From a virus, in the UHGV virus genome UHGV-1610946: a stretch of 13,320 nucleotides of DNA; one strand, 5' to 3'. A program made the position numbers and the translations under genes. The notes beneath the pieces were generated by a model, which saw only the letters and a list, made by a program, of their open reading frames with translations, searched no databases and was not told where the DNA came from. This document shows positions 1-7,659 of this stretch, piece by piece. How positions within the stretch are numbered: the stretch's first letter is position 1; every line of letters starts with the position of its first letter.

Positions 1-2
1 AT

Positions 3-1250
3 AAATTTAAAGCCTATATTGCTGGTTTTGGCTCGGGCAAAACATGGGTTGGGTGTGGCGGCATATGCAAGGGGATTTGGGAGCATCCAGGTATAAATCA
101 GGGATATTTTGCGCCAACGTATCCCCAAATTCGCGATATTTTTTACCCTACAGTGGAAGAAGTTGCTGCTGACTGGGGATTGAACGTAAAAATTAATGAG
201 GGAAATAAAGAGGTTCACTTTTATTACGGACGCCAGTATCGGGGAACCACTATCTGCAGATCGATGGAGAAGCCACAAACGATCGTCGGTTTCAAAATTG
301 GTAATGCGTTGGTGGATGAACTGGACATTTTGCCGAAGGAAAAAGCCAGAACGGCGTGGCGCAAGATAATTGCGCGTATGCGTTATAAGATTGATGGACT
401 TCGCAACGGTATTGACGTTACAACCACGCCGGAAGGATTCAAATTTGTCTACGAGCAGTTTGTTAAAGCCGTGCGTGAAAAAACAGAGCTGGCCTCACTG
501 TATGGTCTGGTGCAGGCATCTACTTTCGATAATGAAAAGAACCTGCCAGCAGATTACATTCCTTCGCTTCTTGAATCATACCCTCCAGAGCTGATTAAAG
601 CCTATCTGCGAGGACAGTTTACTAACCTGACAAGTGGTACTGTTTACCATCAGTTTGACCGGAAACTGAATAATTGCGAAGAAGTGGAGCAGCCAGGGGA
701 GCCGATTTATATTGGGATGGATTTTAACGTTGGAAAGATGGCGGGAATCGTCCATGTGCTGCGTTTGGGGCTTCCATGTGCGGTAACTGAAATCATCAAT
801 GCCTACGATACGCCGGATATGATCCGCATCATTAAAGAACGCTTCTGGCTGTATGATGGGAATGATTACCGGAAAGTGAGGGAAATTTATATTTATCCAG
901 ATGCTTCCGGGGATTCCAGAAAATCAAGTAACGCAAGTACGACGGATATAGCCCAGCTTAAGCAGGCTGGTTTTAACGTTGTGGTGAACAGCTCGAACCC
1001 GCCAGTAAAAGATCGCGTTAACTCAATGAATGCAATGTTCTGCAATGCCAATGGTGAGCGTCGCTATAAAGTTAATGTGAAGCGTTGCCCGTTATATGCC
1101 GAATCTCTGGAGCAACAGGTCTGGGATGAGAAGGGGGAGCCTGATAAAAAATCTGGCAATGATCACCCGAATGATGCCGGAGGTTATTTCATCGTTAAGC
1201 AATTCCCTATTGTCAAACCGACCGGAAGAGTCACATCACTTCGGATTTAA
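3..1250 (+). CDS. Terminase large subunit, 5'-truncated (gene continues upstream of the window)
   Basis: The frame of ORF 153..1250 is open back to position 3 with no stop. Translation from position 3 gives KFKAYIAGFGSGKTW, a Walker A P-loop (AxxxxGKT), so the ATPase domain starts at the window edge; 153 is only an internal GTG. Downstream acidic motifs (IGMDFN, IYPDASGD, HPNDAGG) fit the terminase nuclease domain. It sits directly upstream of the portal gene. Confidence 0.85.
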   Translation, partial: KFKAYIAGFGSGKTWVGCGGICKGIWEHPGINQGYFAPTYPQIRDIFYPTVEEVAADWGLNVKINEGNKEVHFYYGRQYRGTTICRSMEKPQTIVGFKIGNALVDELDILPKEKARTAWRKIIARMRYKIDGLRNGIDVTTTPEGFKFVYEQFVKAVREKTELASLYGLVQASTFDNEKNLPADYIPSLLESYPPELIKAYLRGQFTNLTSGTVYHQFDRKLNNCEEVEQPGEPIYIGMDFNVGKMAGIVHVLRLGLPCAVTEIINAYDTPDMIRIIKERFWLYDGNDYRKVREIYIYPDASGDSRKSSNASTTDIAQLKQAGFNVVVNSSNPPVKDRVNSMNAMFCNANGERRYKVNVKRCPLYAESLEQQVWDEKGEPDKKSGNDHPNDAGGYFIVKQFPIVKPTGRVTSLRI

Positions 1251-1252
1251 TT

Positions 1253-2659
1253 ATGGCTGATATATCAACACCCAACCTCGACTATAACGATATGCTGGAG
1301 GCGTGGGATATTAACGACGCACTGATGGGCGGTACGCTTGAAATGCGCAGGCAGGGGGAAAATTATCTCCCAAAATGGCCTAACGAAGATGAAGACGCTT
1401 ATAAAAAACGCCTGTCTGTGGCTACGCTACTTCCTGTGTATGAAGAAAGCATCAAGCAAAATATTGGGCGCATATTTGCAGAGCCGACAGTATTGAGTGA
1501 GGAAACGCCGGCAAAAATCAGGGAATATGCAGAAAATATCGACATGGAGGGAAGCCGACTGGATGTGTGGGCGCAGCAATTTTTCAGCCTCGCATTTCAG
1601 TATGGTGTGGCACATGCGCTGGTGGACTATCCACGAACGGATATGAAAGAGATTCGGACAAAAGCCGATGAAAACGCGGCCGGTAGTCGTCCGTACGTTA
1701 CGATGCTGAATCCACGCCAGGTTATTGGATGGAAATCGAAAGTTGAAAAAGGGAAAGTTGTTCTCACTGATTTGCGTATAAAAGAGGTCATCATTATTGA
1801 TGGTGATGATTTCGGGCAGAAGAAGGTGGAGCAGATCCGCCATATTATGCCCCGTCGAGTTGAAATTTATCGACGTAGCGAAGGCACTAATGGCGAATCT
1901 GTCTGGACGCTTCATGAGTCATGGAATACCAGCCGTGATGATATTCCTCTGGTAACACTGTACACGAAGAAAACAGGATTTATGCGTGGTACACCGCCAT
2001 TGCTTAATCTTGGCTTGCTGAATATCAAGCACTGGCAAAGCCAGAGCGAGCAGGACAATATTCTTCATGTTGCCCGCGTTCCATTGCTGGTGGCCTACGG
2101 GCTGGACAGGAATGAAGAACTGACGGTTGGTGCATCCACCGCTACGATTTTTGAGGACAGAACAAAAAATGGCCTCGAATATGTTGAACATAGTGGCGCA
2201 GCGATAGAATCTGGCGAAACATCACTTGAGAAGCTGGAAAATCAGATGCGTCATGCCGGCGCTAAACTTCTGCGTGCTGAAAATACATCCACCAAATCTG
2301 TTGATCAGACTAATGAAGAGCGAATGCAGGAAAACTCGCCGCTTTATACAATGGCGAACTCCCTCGAAGATGCCCTCGATAATATTCTCCAGATAATGGC
2401 GGAATGGATCGGAGAGAGTTGCGGTGGCAATGTGGATGTGCGCACTGAACTGGATGTATCTGCCCAGGTGTTTGACTCATCCTCCGCGCTGGCTGTTCAG
2501 TCATTGCGTCAGGGCGGTGATATACGTCAGATTGATGCGATTCGGGTGTTGCAGGCGTTGAAATTTATCGATCAGGATTCCCGTCCAGAGGAAGTGATCG
2601 ATGAATTAAAAAATCAGAGTGTAATGCTGATGGAAATCAATGATGCAAACCGTGAATGA
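1253..2659 (+). CDS. Portal protein (putative)
   Basis: 468-aa ORF starting 2 nt after the terminase stop and lying between TerL and the MuF-like gene, the canonical portal position. Size fits portal proteins. No diagnostic motif was verified from memory. Confidence 0.7.
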   Translation: MADISTPNLDYNDMLEAWDINDALMGGTLEMRRQGENYLPKWPNEDEDAYKKRLSVATLLPVYEESIKQNIGRIFAEPTVLSEETPAKIREYAENIDMEGSRLDVWAQQFFSLAFQYGVAHALVDYPRTDMKEIRTKADENAAGSRPYVTMLNPRQVIGWKSKVEKGKVVLTDLRIKEVIIIDGDDFGQKKVEQIRHIMPRRVEIYRRSEGTNGESVWTLHESWNTSRDDIPLVTLYTKKTGFMRGTPPLLNLGLLNIKHWQSQSEQDNILHVARVPLLVAYGLDRNEELTVGASTATIFEDRTKNGLEYVEHSGAAIESGETSLEKLENQMRHAGAKLLRAENTSTKSVDQTNEERMQENSPLYTMANSLEDALDNILQIMAEWIGESCGGNVDVRTELDVSAQVFDSSSALAVQSLRQGGDIRQIDAIRVLQALKFIDQDSRPEEVIDELKNQSVMLMEINDANRE

Positions 2660-3755
2660 ACGGCTGCGTGATGAATCAATTGCTCATGCAGTCTGGATAT
2701 CCCGCTATAGCACTGGCGTGGCTGCCAGAATGGTGAAAATACTGAATGACAGCGATGCGGAACTTACTGCTCGCCTGCTGATAGCACTGGACAGCCTCGA
2801 TCCAGGTAGTTTTACCGTTAAGCGCCTGGAGTCACTTCTGGCGAGCGTCAGAGAGGTTAACCGCACTGCTATTAACAGCATGTTTACCAGTCTCTCCGGA
2901 GAGCTGAACGAGCTGGCAATTTATGAGGCTGGTTATCAGTTAAGTCTGTTTGATTCTATGCTACCTGATTTTGTTGCTGATGTTCACCCTCTGGTTGGTA
3001 TCTCTCCTGATGCACTTTATGCCGCTGCAATGGCGCGACCATTTCAGGGACGACTGCTCAGTGAGTGGGCCTCAGATCTTGAGGCGGATCGGCTCAGACG
3101 CATAACAAATACAGTGCGTCAGGGTTTTTTGCTGGGGGATACCAATGAGCAGATCGCAAGAAAAATTCGGGGACATGTCAGTAAGGGATTTCAGGATGGT
3201 GCATTGCAGATGAGCCGGGCTAATGCGGCCAGCATTGCAAAAACAGCGGTTGGACATCTTGCTGCTACTGCCCGTGAGAGTTTTGCCAGCGCGAATAATG
3301 ATTTGATTAAGGGTAAGCAATGGTTATCAACGCTTGATAATCGTACTACGCCACAATGTCGAATCAGGGATCGCCTCAAATATACGCTGAATAATAAACC
3401 TGTAGGTCACAGCGTGCCTTATTTGCAGGGGCCGGGAAAAATTCATTTCTGCTGCCGCTCAACGGAAACGTTCATTCTGAAATCAGCGAAGGAACTGGGT
3501 ATTGATGTTCGCGATATTTCCCCGGCTGAGCGGGCCAGCATGGATGGCGTGGTGGCCGGAGATACAACCTACAGGGAATGGTTTTTGCGTCAGCCTTACA
3601 CCAGACAAAAACAGATTGTGGGGGAAACCCGAGCAAAGCTGATTCGGGATGGTGGTATGTCGCCAGATGAATTTTACACCGATAAAGGCGAATGGCTGAC
3701 GCTGAAGCAGCTCCGTGAGCGTGATGCACAGGTATTCAGAAAAGCAGGGATTTAA
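2640..3755 (+). CDS. Head morphogenesis protein, Mu F-like / SPP1 gp7 family
   Basis: 371-aa ORF overlapping the portal stop by 20 nt. Contains LDNRTTPQCR, which resembles the conserved motif of Phage_Mu_F-type proteins. Position between portal and scaffold is typical. The start could instead be a downstream in-frame codon. Confidence 0.75.
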   Translation: MMQTVNERLRDESIAHAVWISRYSTGVAARMVKILNDSDAELTARLLIALDSLDPGSFTVKRLESLLASVREVNRTAINSMFTSLSGELNELAIYEAGYQLSLFDSMLPDFVADVHPLVGISPDALYAAAMARPFQGRLLSEWASDLEADRLRRITNTVRQGFLLGDTNEQIARKIRGHVSKGFQDGALQMSRANAASIAKTAVGHLAATARESFASANNDLIKGKQWLSTLDNRTTPQCRIRDRLKYTLNNKPVGHSVPYLQGPGKIHFCCRSTETFILKSAKELGIDVRDISPAERASMDGVVAGDTTYREWFLRQPYTRQKQIVGETRAKLIRDGGMSPDEFYTDKGEWLTLKQLRERDAQVFRKAGI

Positions 3756-3774
3756 ATAAATCATTTATTACAAC

Positions 3775-3802
3775 AGGCTACCTTCGGGTGGCCTTTTTTA
3801 TT
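3775..3802 (+). terminator. Intrinsic-terminator-like hairpin (7-bp stem, cUUCGg tetraloop, T6 run)
   Basis: GGCTACC(3776-3782) TTCG GGTGGCC(3787-3793) pairs as a 7-bp stem including one G-U wobble, followed directly by TTTTTTATT. Lies 20 nt after the MuF-like stop. Confidence 0.6.
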
Positions 3803-3859
3803 GCTGCGATCCGGATGGTGAGCAGCGTAACTGTCGGAAGACTTAAACCAGGTACTAAT

Positions 3860-4624
3860 ATGAAACTGAAAACGGTCGAGATTAACGGAAAACAATACGC
3901 AGAAATTGATACTGCTGGCCTGCCAGTTTATGTGCACGACGATGGTAAAGAAATTGGCTTCGATGCACCGCTGGCGACAAAAAAAATTACAGAGCTTAAT
4001 AGCGAGGCAAAAAATCATCGCCTGGCTAAAGAAGCTGCAGAGGAAAAACTGGCTAAGTTTGCCGCTATCGAAGACCCGAAGAAGGCGATCGAGGCACTGG
4101 AAATGCTGTCAAAAATCGACCAGAAAAAGCTGCTCGATGCGGGACAGGTTGACCAGGTTAAGGCAGAAATTACGAAAAATTTTCAGCAGCAATTAGATGA
4201 AGAAAAGCAACGCTCTCAGATGCTGGAGAAGCAGCTTTACGATTCTATGATTGGCGGTAGTTTTGCGGGTTCAAAATATATTGCCGATAAAATTGCGATC
4301 CCGGCAGATTTATTACAATCACGCTTCGGGCAGGCATTCAAAGTGGAAGAAGGGAGGATCGTTGCTTATGACGCTTCCGGCAACAAAATTTATTCCCGCG
4401 CGAAGCCTGGCGAACTGGCGCAGTTTGATGAGGCGCTGGAGTTCCTTGTCGAAAATTACCCTCAGAAAGACTACATCCTGAAAGCCAGTGGCAACAATGG
4501 CGGCGGCTCCCGTCCGACACAGCATGATATTGGTCAGAAAACGATGAAACGCTCTGCTTTTGATGCACTGGATGTTGCAGGTAAGCAAAACGCATTGAAA
4601 GACGGTATCACAATCGTTGATTAA
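3860..4624 (+). CDS. Putative head scaffolding protein
   Basis: Lies between the MuF-like gene and the major capsid gene. The product is rich in charged residues, with heptad-like stretches (KEAAEEKLAKFAAIEDPKKAIEALEMLSKIDQKKL) typical of scaffold proteins. Start is uncertain: the listed ORF begins at 3788 inside the terminator hairpin, which is implausible; in-frame ATGs occur at 3815 and 3860, the latter with a weak AGG upstream. Confidence 0.5.
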   Translation: MKLKTVEINGKQYAEIDTAGLPVYVHDDGKEIGFDAPLATKKITELNSEAKNHRLAKEAAEEKLAKFAAIEDPKKAIEALEMLSKIDQKKLLDAGQVDQVKAEITKNFQQQLDEEKQRSQMLEKQLYDSMIGGSFAGSKYIADKIAIPADLLQSRFGQAFKVEEGRIVAYDASGNKIYSRAKPGELAQFDEALEFLVENYPQKDYILKASGNNGGGSRPTQHDIGQKTMKRSAFDALDVAGKQNALKDGITIVD

Positions 4625-4633
4625 CACATTTGT

Positions 4634-4653
4634 CAGCTTCCGGATGGGAGCTG
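4634..4653 (+). other. Stable hairpin in the scaffold-capsid intergenic region (8-bp stem, GGAT loop, no T-run)
   Basis: CAGCTTCC(4634-4641) GGAT GGGAGCTG(4646-4653) gives seven Watson-Crick pairs plus one G-U. Begins 10 nt after the scaffold stop. No U-tract follows, so it is not a canonical terminator. Confidence 0.35.
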
Positions 4654-4722
4654 GTGTCAGGGCTGGATAGCTCATTACTCCATCTATTCACAATTACGCA
4701 AATTTTTAAGGAATATTTAATT

Positions 4723-5862
4723 ATGGCTGGAAATACCCTGACCGGGTTGATCCCGACTATTTATACCGCCCTGGATGTTGTATCCCGTGAGCAGGTAGGT
4801 TTTATCCCTGCGGTAGCAAAAAACGCAAAAGCTGACGCCGCAGCAAAAGATCAGACGGTAACCGCGCCAGTTGCGCCTGAGGCGAAAACCGAAGATATCG
4901 TACCGGGGCCGTCAGCTCCGAATACCGGTGATCAAAATATTGGCACTGTTGATGTAAAAATTACTAAATCCAAAATGGCACCGGTTAAATGGAATGGTGA
5001 AGAACAACTGGCTCTTGGTCCTTCAGGGACTTACAACACCATTCTGGCTGATCAGTTCAAGCAGGCTTTTCGCGCCCTTGCAAACGAGGTTGAGGCTGAT
5101 CTTGGTGCGTTGTATTTCGGTGCTTCCCGCGCCGTGGGAACCGCAGGGACAACGCCGTTTGGTGTTAAAGATGATCTTTCTGATGCTGCTCTGGCTCGTC
5201 AGGTTCTGGAGGATAACGGCGCACCGACAACCGATCTGCAGATGGTGCTTGGCTCCACTGCCATTGCTAATTTGCGCGGAAAACAGTCTGTATTGTTTAA
5301 AGTGAATGAATCCGGCACTGAACAGCTACTGCGTGAGGGCGTGTTGGGGCGTCTGGAGGGATTCAATATTCACAGTTCGGCAGGTGTGAAACGAGCGCCA
5401 AAGGTTGCTGCAACTGGTTATCTCGTGAATGGAGAGAAAAAAGAAGGCGATGTTCTTATTTCCATTGATACTGGTTCGGGGAGTATTTCTGCAGGTCAGA
5501 TTGTTACGTTCGCTGGTGATCCGAATCAGTATGTTGTGGCAGCAGCGACCAGCAATCTGATTACTCTTGCAGCGCCCGGACTGCGTCAGGATCTGGCCGA
5601 TGATACTGCCATCACAGTTGTTGGGGCCTTTACTGCAAATATGGCGTTTGATCGCAACGCGTTTCTGCTGGCATCCCGTACTCCGGCAATGCCGGAAGGT
5701 GGCGATAATGCTGATGATGTAATGAATGTTACGGACCCGATTTCAGGGATTACGTTCCAGATTGCACTGTATCGTCAGTATCGCCAGGTGCGCTATGAAG
5801 TTGGACTGGCATGGGGTGTTTCATCAGTGAAGCCGGCACATGGTTGTCTGATTCTTGGTTAA
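4723..5862 (+). CDS. Major capsid protein (putative)
   Basis: 379 aa from ATG 4723, which has a good Shine-Dalgarno (AAGGA at 4708-4712, 10-nt spacer). The listed ORF starts at 4630 with no RBS. Position is immediately after the scaffold gene. Family assignment is from context only. Confidence 0.65.
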   Translation: MAGNTLTGLIPTIYTALDVVSREQVGFIPAVAKNAKADAAAKDQTVTAPVAPEAKTEDIVPGPSAPNTGDQNIGTVDVKITKSKMAPVKWNGEEQLALGPSGTYNTILADQFKQAFRALANEVEADLGALYFGASRAVGTAGTTPFGVKDDLSDAALARQVLEDNGAPTTDLQMVLGSTAIANLRGKQSVLFKVNESGTEQLLREGVLGRLEGFNIHSSAGVKRAPKVAATGYLVNGEKKEGDVLISIDTGSGSISAGQIVTFAGDPNQYVVAAATSNLITLAAPGLRQDLADDTAITVVGAFTANMAFDRNAFLLASRTPAMPEGGDNADDVMNVTDPISGITFQIALYRQYRQVRYEVGLAWGVSSVKPAHGCLILG

Positions 5863-5871
5863 ACATTCAAA

Positions 5872-5895
5872 CGGGGCTTCGGCCCCATTTTTAAT
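5872..5895 (+). terminator. Intrinsic-terminator-like hairpin (5-bp GC stem, cUUCGg tetraloop, T5 run)
   Basis: GGGGC(5873-5877) TTCG GCCCC(5882-5886) followed by ATTTTTAAT. Lies 10 nt after the capsid stop. Confidence 0.6.
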
Positions 5896-5904
5896 GGGGG
5901 GCAT

Positions 5905-6081
5905 ATGGCCGGATTAACTAAAGAGCAAAGAGCACAGCGTGAAGCCGCACAAAAAACGCAAATTGAGTTAGTGGTTATGGTGACCGATTATCAGATGTTT
6001 CCCGGCGCACCAACTATCGCTAATGTTCATCCTGATGAAGTTGACAACTGGAAGGCTATGGGCTGGAAAACTCAGGAGTAA
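5905..6081 (+). CDS. Small hypothetical protein (58 aa), absent from the supplied ORF track
   Basis: ATG 5905 is preceded by a G6 run (5896-5901). The frame is open for 58 codons (MAGLTKEQRAQREAAQKTQIELVVMVTDYQMFPGAPTIANVHPDEVDNWKAMGWKTQE) to TAA 6079-6081, and the next gene's Shine-Dalgarno (AGGAG) overlaps its last codons. It fills an otherwise non-coding gap between the capsid and connector genes. Confidence 0.4.
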   Translation: MAGLTKEQRAQREAAQKTQIELVVMVTDYQMFPGAPTIANVHPDEVDNWKAMGWKTQE

Positions 6082-6084
6082 CAC

Positions 6085-6480
6085 ATGATCACTTACGTGA
6101 CCTGTGATGACGTTGATAATGCGTTTGGGAACGCCTGGACGAGTGAGAACGCTAAAAATAAAGCTGTTTTAATGGCTAATGCCTGGCTTAATGGCTTCAA
6201 CCTGAAAATTAACCCATCCCGTATTCCGGAAGAGGTAAAACTTGCGGGAGCATATGCAGCCAGAATTGCCTCATTTGGTAAGTTGTTTCAGCAGAAAAAT
6301 GATTCTGGCGTTGTTATCAGTAAAGCCGTGTCGGCTGACGGGGTCAGTGTATCGAAATCATTTTCTGAGTTGCCAGCAAACAGCACTGCATTGCTTGAAC
6401 CCGATTTACAGCTTGCGATAGCACTGCTGAAACCGTACGGACTTAGTCGCTCACAAGTCAGGGTTGTGAGGGGGGGATAA
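6085..6480 (+). CDS. Putative head-tail connector / head completion protein
   Basis: 131-aa ORF with Shine-Dalgarno AGGAG 6 nt upstream. It is the first of four small, translationally coupled genes between capsid and major tail, the canonical position for gp6-like connector proteins. No motif verified. Confidence 0.45.
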   Translation: MITYVTCDDVDNAFGNAWTSENAKNKAVLMANAWLNGFNLKINPSRIPEEVKLAGAYAARIASFGKLFQQKNDSGVVISKAVSADGVSVSKSFSELPANSTALLEPDLQLAIALLKPYGLSRSQVRVVRGG

Positions 6481-6863
6481 TGGGGCTTCGTGAAGAGATT
6501 CAGTCAGAGGTTGCCGCTGCTTTTGATGAGGATTTAGCGGACGCCGTGAGTGATTTTTCTGGTTATTACGTTACGCACCGGCACTGGGATCCTGTGACGG
6601 AAACTGGCGGCGAATCCACCGCAATCTATACCGGGCGAGGCGTGTTGACACGTTATAAGCTGGGCAGAATTGATGGGATTAATATTTTGCATGGTGACCT
6701 TAAATTAACCGCTCTGGTATGCGAGGTTACGGATAAACCAGCTGTCGACCATATTATTGAGATTTATGATCCTGTATCAAGGCAGTTACAACGATACGAG
6801 GTAATTACAGCAAGTTTAGATCCTTCCGCATCAGTTTACTCTATCCAGTTAAGGAGAGCGTAA
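6480..6863 (+). CDS. Putative head-tail adaptor / head closure protein
   Basis: 127-aa ORF whose start overlaps the previous stop (TAATG), with a G-rich Shine-Dalgarno (GAGGGGGGG) upstream. Assigned by size and position in the neck-gene block. Confidence 0.4.
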   Translation: MGLREEIQSEVAAAFDEDLADAVSDFSGYYVTHRHWDPVTETGGESTAIYTGRGVLTRYKLGRIDGINILHGDLKLTALVCEVTDKPAVDHIIEIYDPVSRQLQRYEVITASLDPSASVYSIQLRRA

Positions 6864-7244
6864 ATGGCAAAGGCATGGGATATAGAACCGTCAATATTTG
6901 CCGGGATGATTGAGGAAGATGTAGGGCTGAAGATTCGCTACATCGCTATGCAGATTCTTACTGCTATTGATATTGCTGCTCCGGTTGATACCGGACGTTT
7001 CAGAAATAACAACCTGGTGTCGTTACAGCATCCCGATTTTGGTATATCTGATAACGTGGATCCGAACGGTACGATTGCTGTTCAGCGTGGGATCGGGGTT
7101 ATTTCGAAAGCTGCAAATTACGGGGTTATTTATATCCAGAATAACCTTCCTTATGCAGAGGCTCTTGAAAACGGTCATTCACAACAAGCGCCAACTGGCG
7201 TGTATGCCAACGCTTTTTATGGTGTTTTACAGGCTTACAAATGA
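6864..7244 (+). CDS. Putative neck/tail-completion protein (HK97 gp10-like)
   Basis: 126-aa ORF with Shine-Dalgarno AAGGAGA upstream. Contains PVDTGRFRNN, which resembles the DTG-containing motif I recall for HK97 gp10-family proteins. Position fits. Confidence 0.45.
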   Translation: MAKAWDIEPSIFAGMIEEDVGLKIRYIAMQILTAIDIAAPVDTGRFRNNNLVSLQHPDFGISDNVDPNGTIAVQRGIGVISKAANYGVIYIQNNLPYAEALENGHSQQAPTGVYANAFYGVLQAYK

Positions 7245-7633
7245 AGTTTACTGAAATCAGAAATACGGTTATTTCCAGAATGACGGCACAGACGATTATT
7301 GATGGAAAAGACGTATTGTATCCGAACGGGCCAACGTTCGATCCTTCCGGTAAGTTAATCTGGGCGCGGTTAAGTAATATTCCCGGGCAGGCTGGGGTTA
7401 ATGAAATTGGCGCGGGGCCGGTTGTTTATCGCACGGGGATAATCATTATTCAGTTATTTGTCCCCGCAGGTTCTGGTTCAAAACTCATTACTGAGACAGC
7501 CGATAAATTGCGGGAACTGTTTGAGTTTCAGGATGACGATCGTCTCAGTTACCAGGCTGTTTCCTCAATAGCCGTCGGCGAAAAGAATGGCTGGTTCCAG
7601 CTTAATCTTCAAATTCCATATCGCGCGCTCTAG
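7241..7633 (+). CDS. Putative tail terminator / tail completion protein
   Basis: 130-aa ORF with ATGA start-stop overlap with the previous gene, lying immediately upstream of the major tail gene (the position of lambda gpU-type proteins). Confidence 0.4.
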   Translation: MKFTEIRNTVISRMTAQTIIDGKDVLYPNGPTFDPSGKLIWARLSNIPGQAGVNEIGAGPVVYRTGIIIIQLFVPAGSGSKLITETADKLRELFEFQDDDRLSYQAVSSIAVGEKNGWFQLNLQIPYRAL

Positions 7634-7659
7634 CGCAATTAATGACATAGGAGGCTTCT

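Noticed and set aside
370-594. Alternative-frame + strand ORFs nested in larger genes (370..594, 3906..4196, 4251..4481, 4994..5305, 6967..7254, 11894..12109)
   Set aside because: They are out of frame inside longer, better-supported CDSs, and their translations are Arg/Cys/Trp-rich in the way spurious frames tend to be. No evidence of overlapping genes.
1427-1915. Minus-strand ORFs in the track (1427..1915, 1919..2191, 2310..2504, 3072..3320, 3191..3379, 3472..3729, 3483..3764, 3761..4018, 4319..4675, 4338..4595, 7715..7966, 8476..8667, 8917..9183, 10051..10404, 10706..10903, 10755..10958, 11105..11392, 11864..12076)
   Set aside because: All lie antisense within or across well-supported + strand genes of a tightly packed operon. 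They have no convincing RBS and no recognisable product, so they are most likely chance open frames.
2640-3755. Possible C-terminal toxin domain fused to the MuF-like protein
   Set aside because: At 371 aa the protein is within the normal MuF size range, and the region after the DNRTTPQCR motif is short with no recognisable nuclease, ADP-ribosyltransferase or deaminase motif.
3751-3775. Near-palindromic AT-rich sequence AATAAATCATTTATT after the MuF-like stop, as a possible operator or promoter
   Set aside because: It is an imperfect palindrome in a generally AT-rich spacer, with no adjacent -35/-10 pair I could defend. More likely it is just the AT-rich lead-in to the terminator.
4630-4722. 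N-terminal extension of the capsid ORF back to 4630 as listed in the track
   Set aside because: The upstream start has no RBS and would overlap the intergenic hairpin. ATG 4723 has a good AAGGA Shine-Dalgarno at correct spacing.
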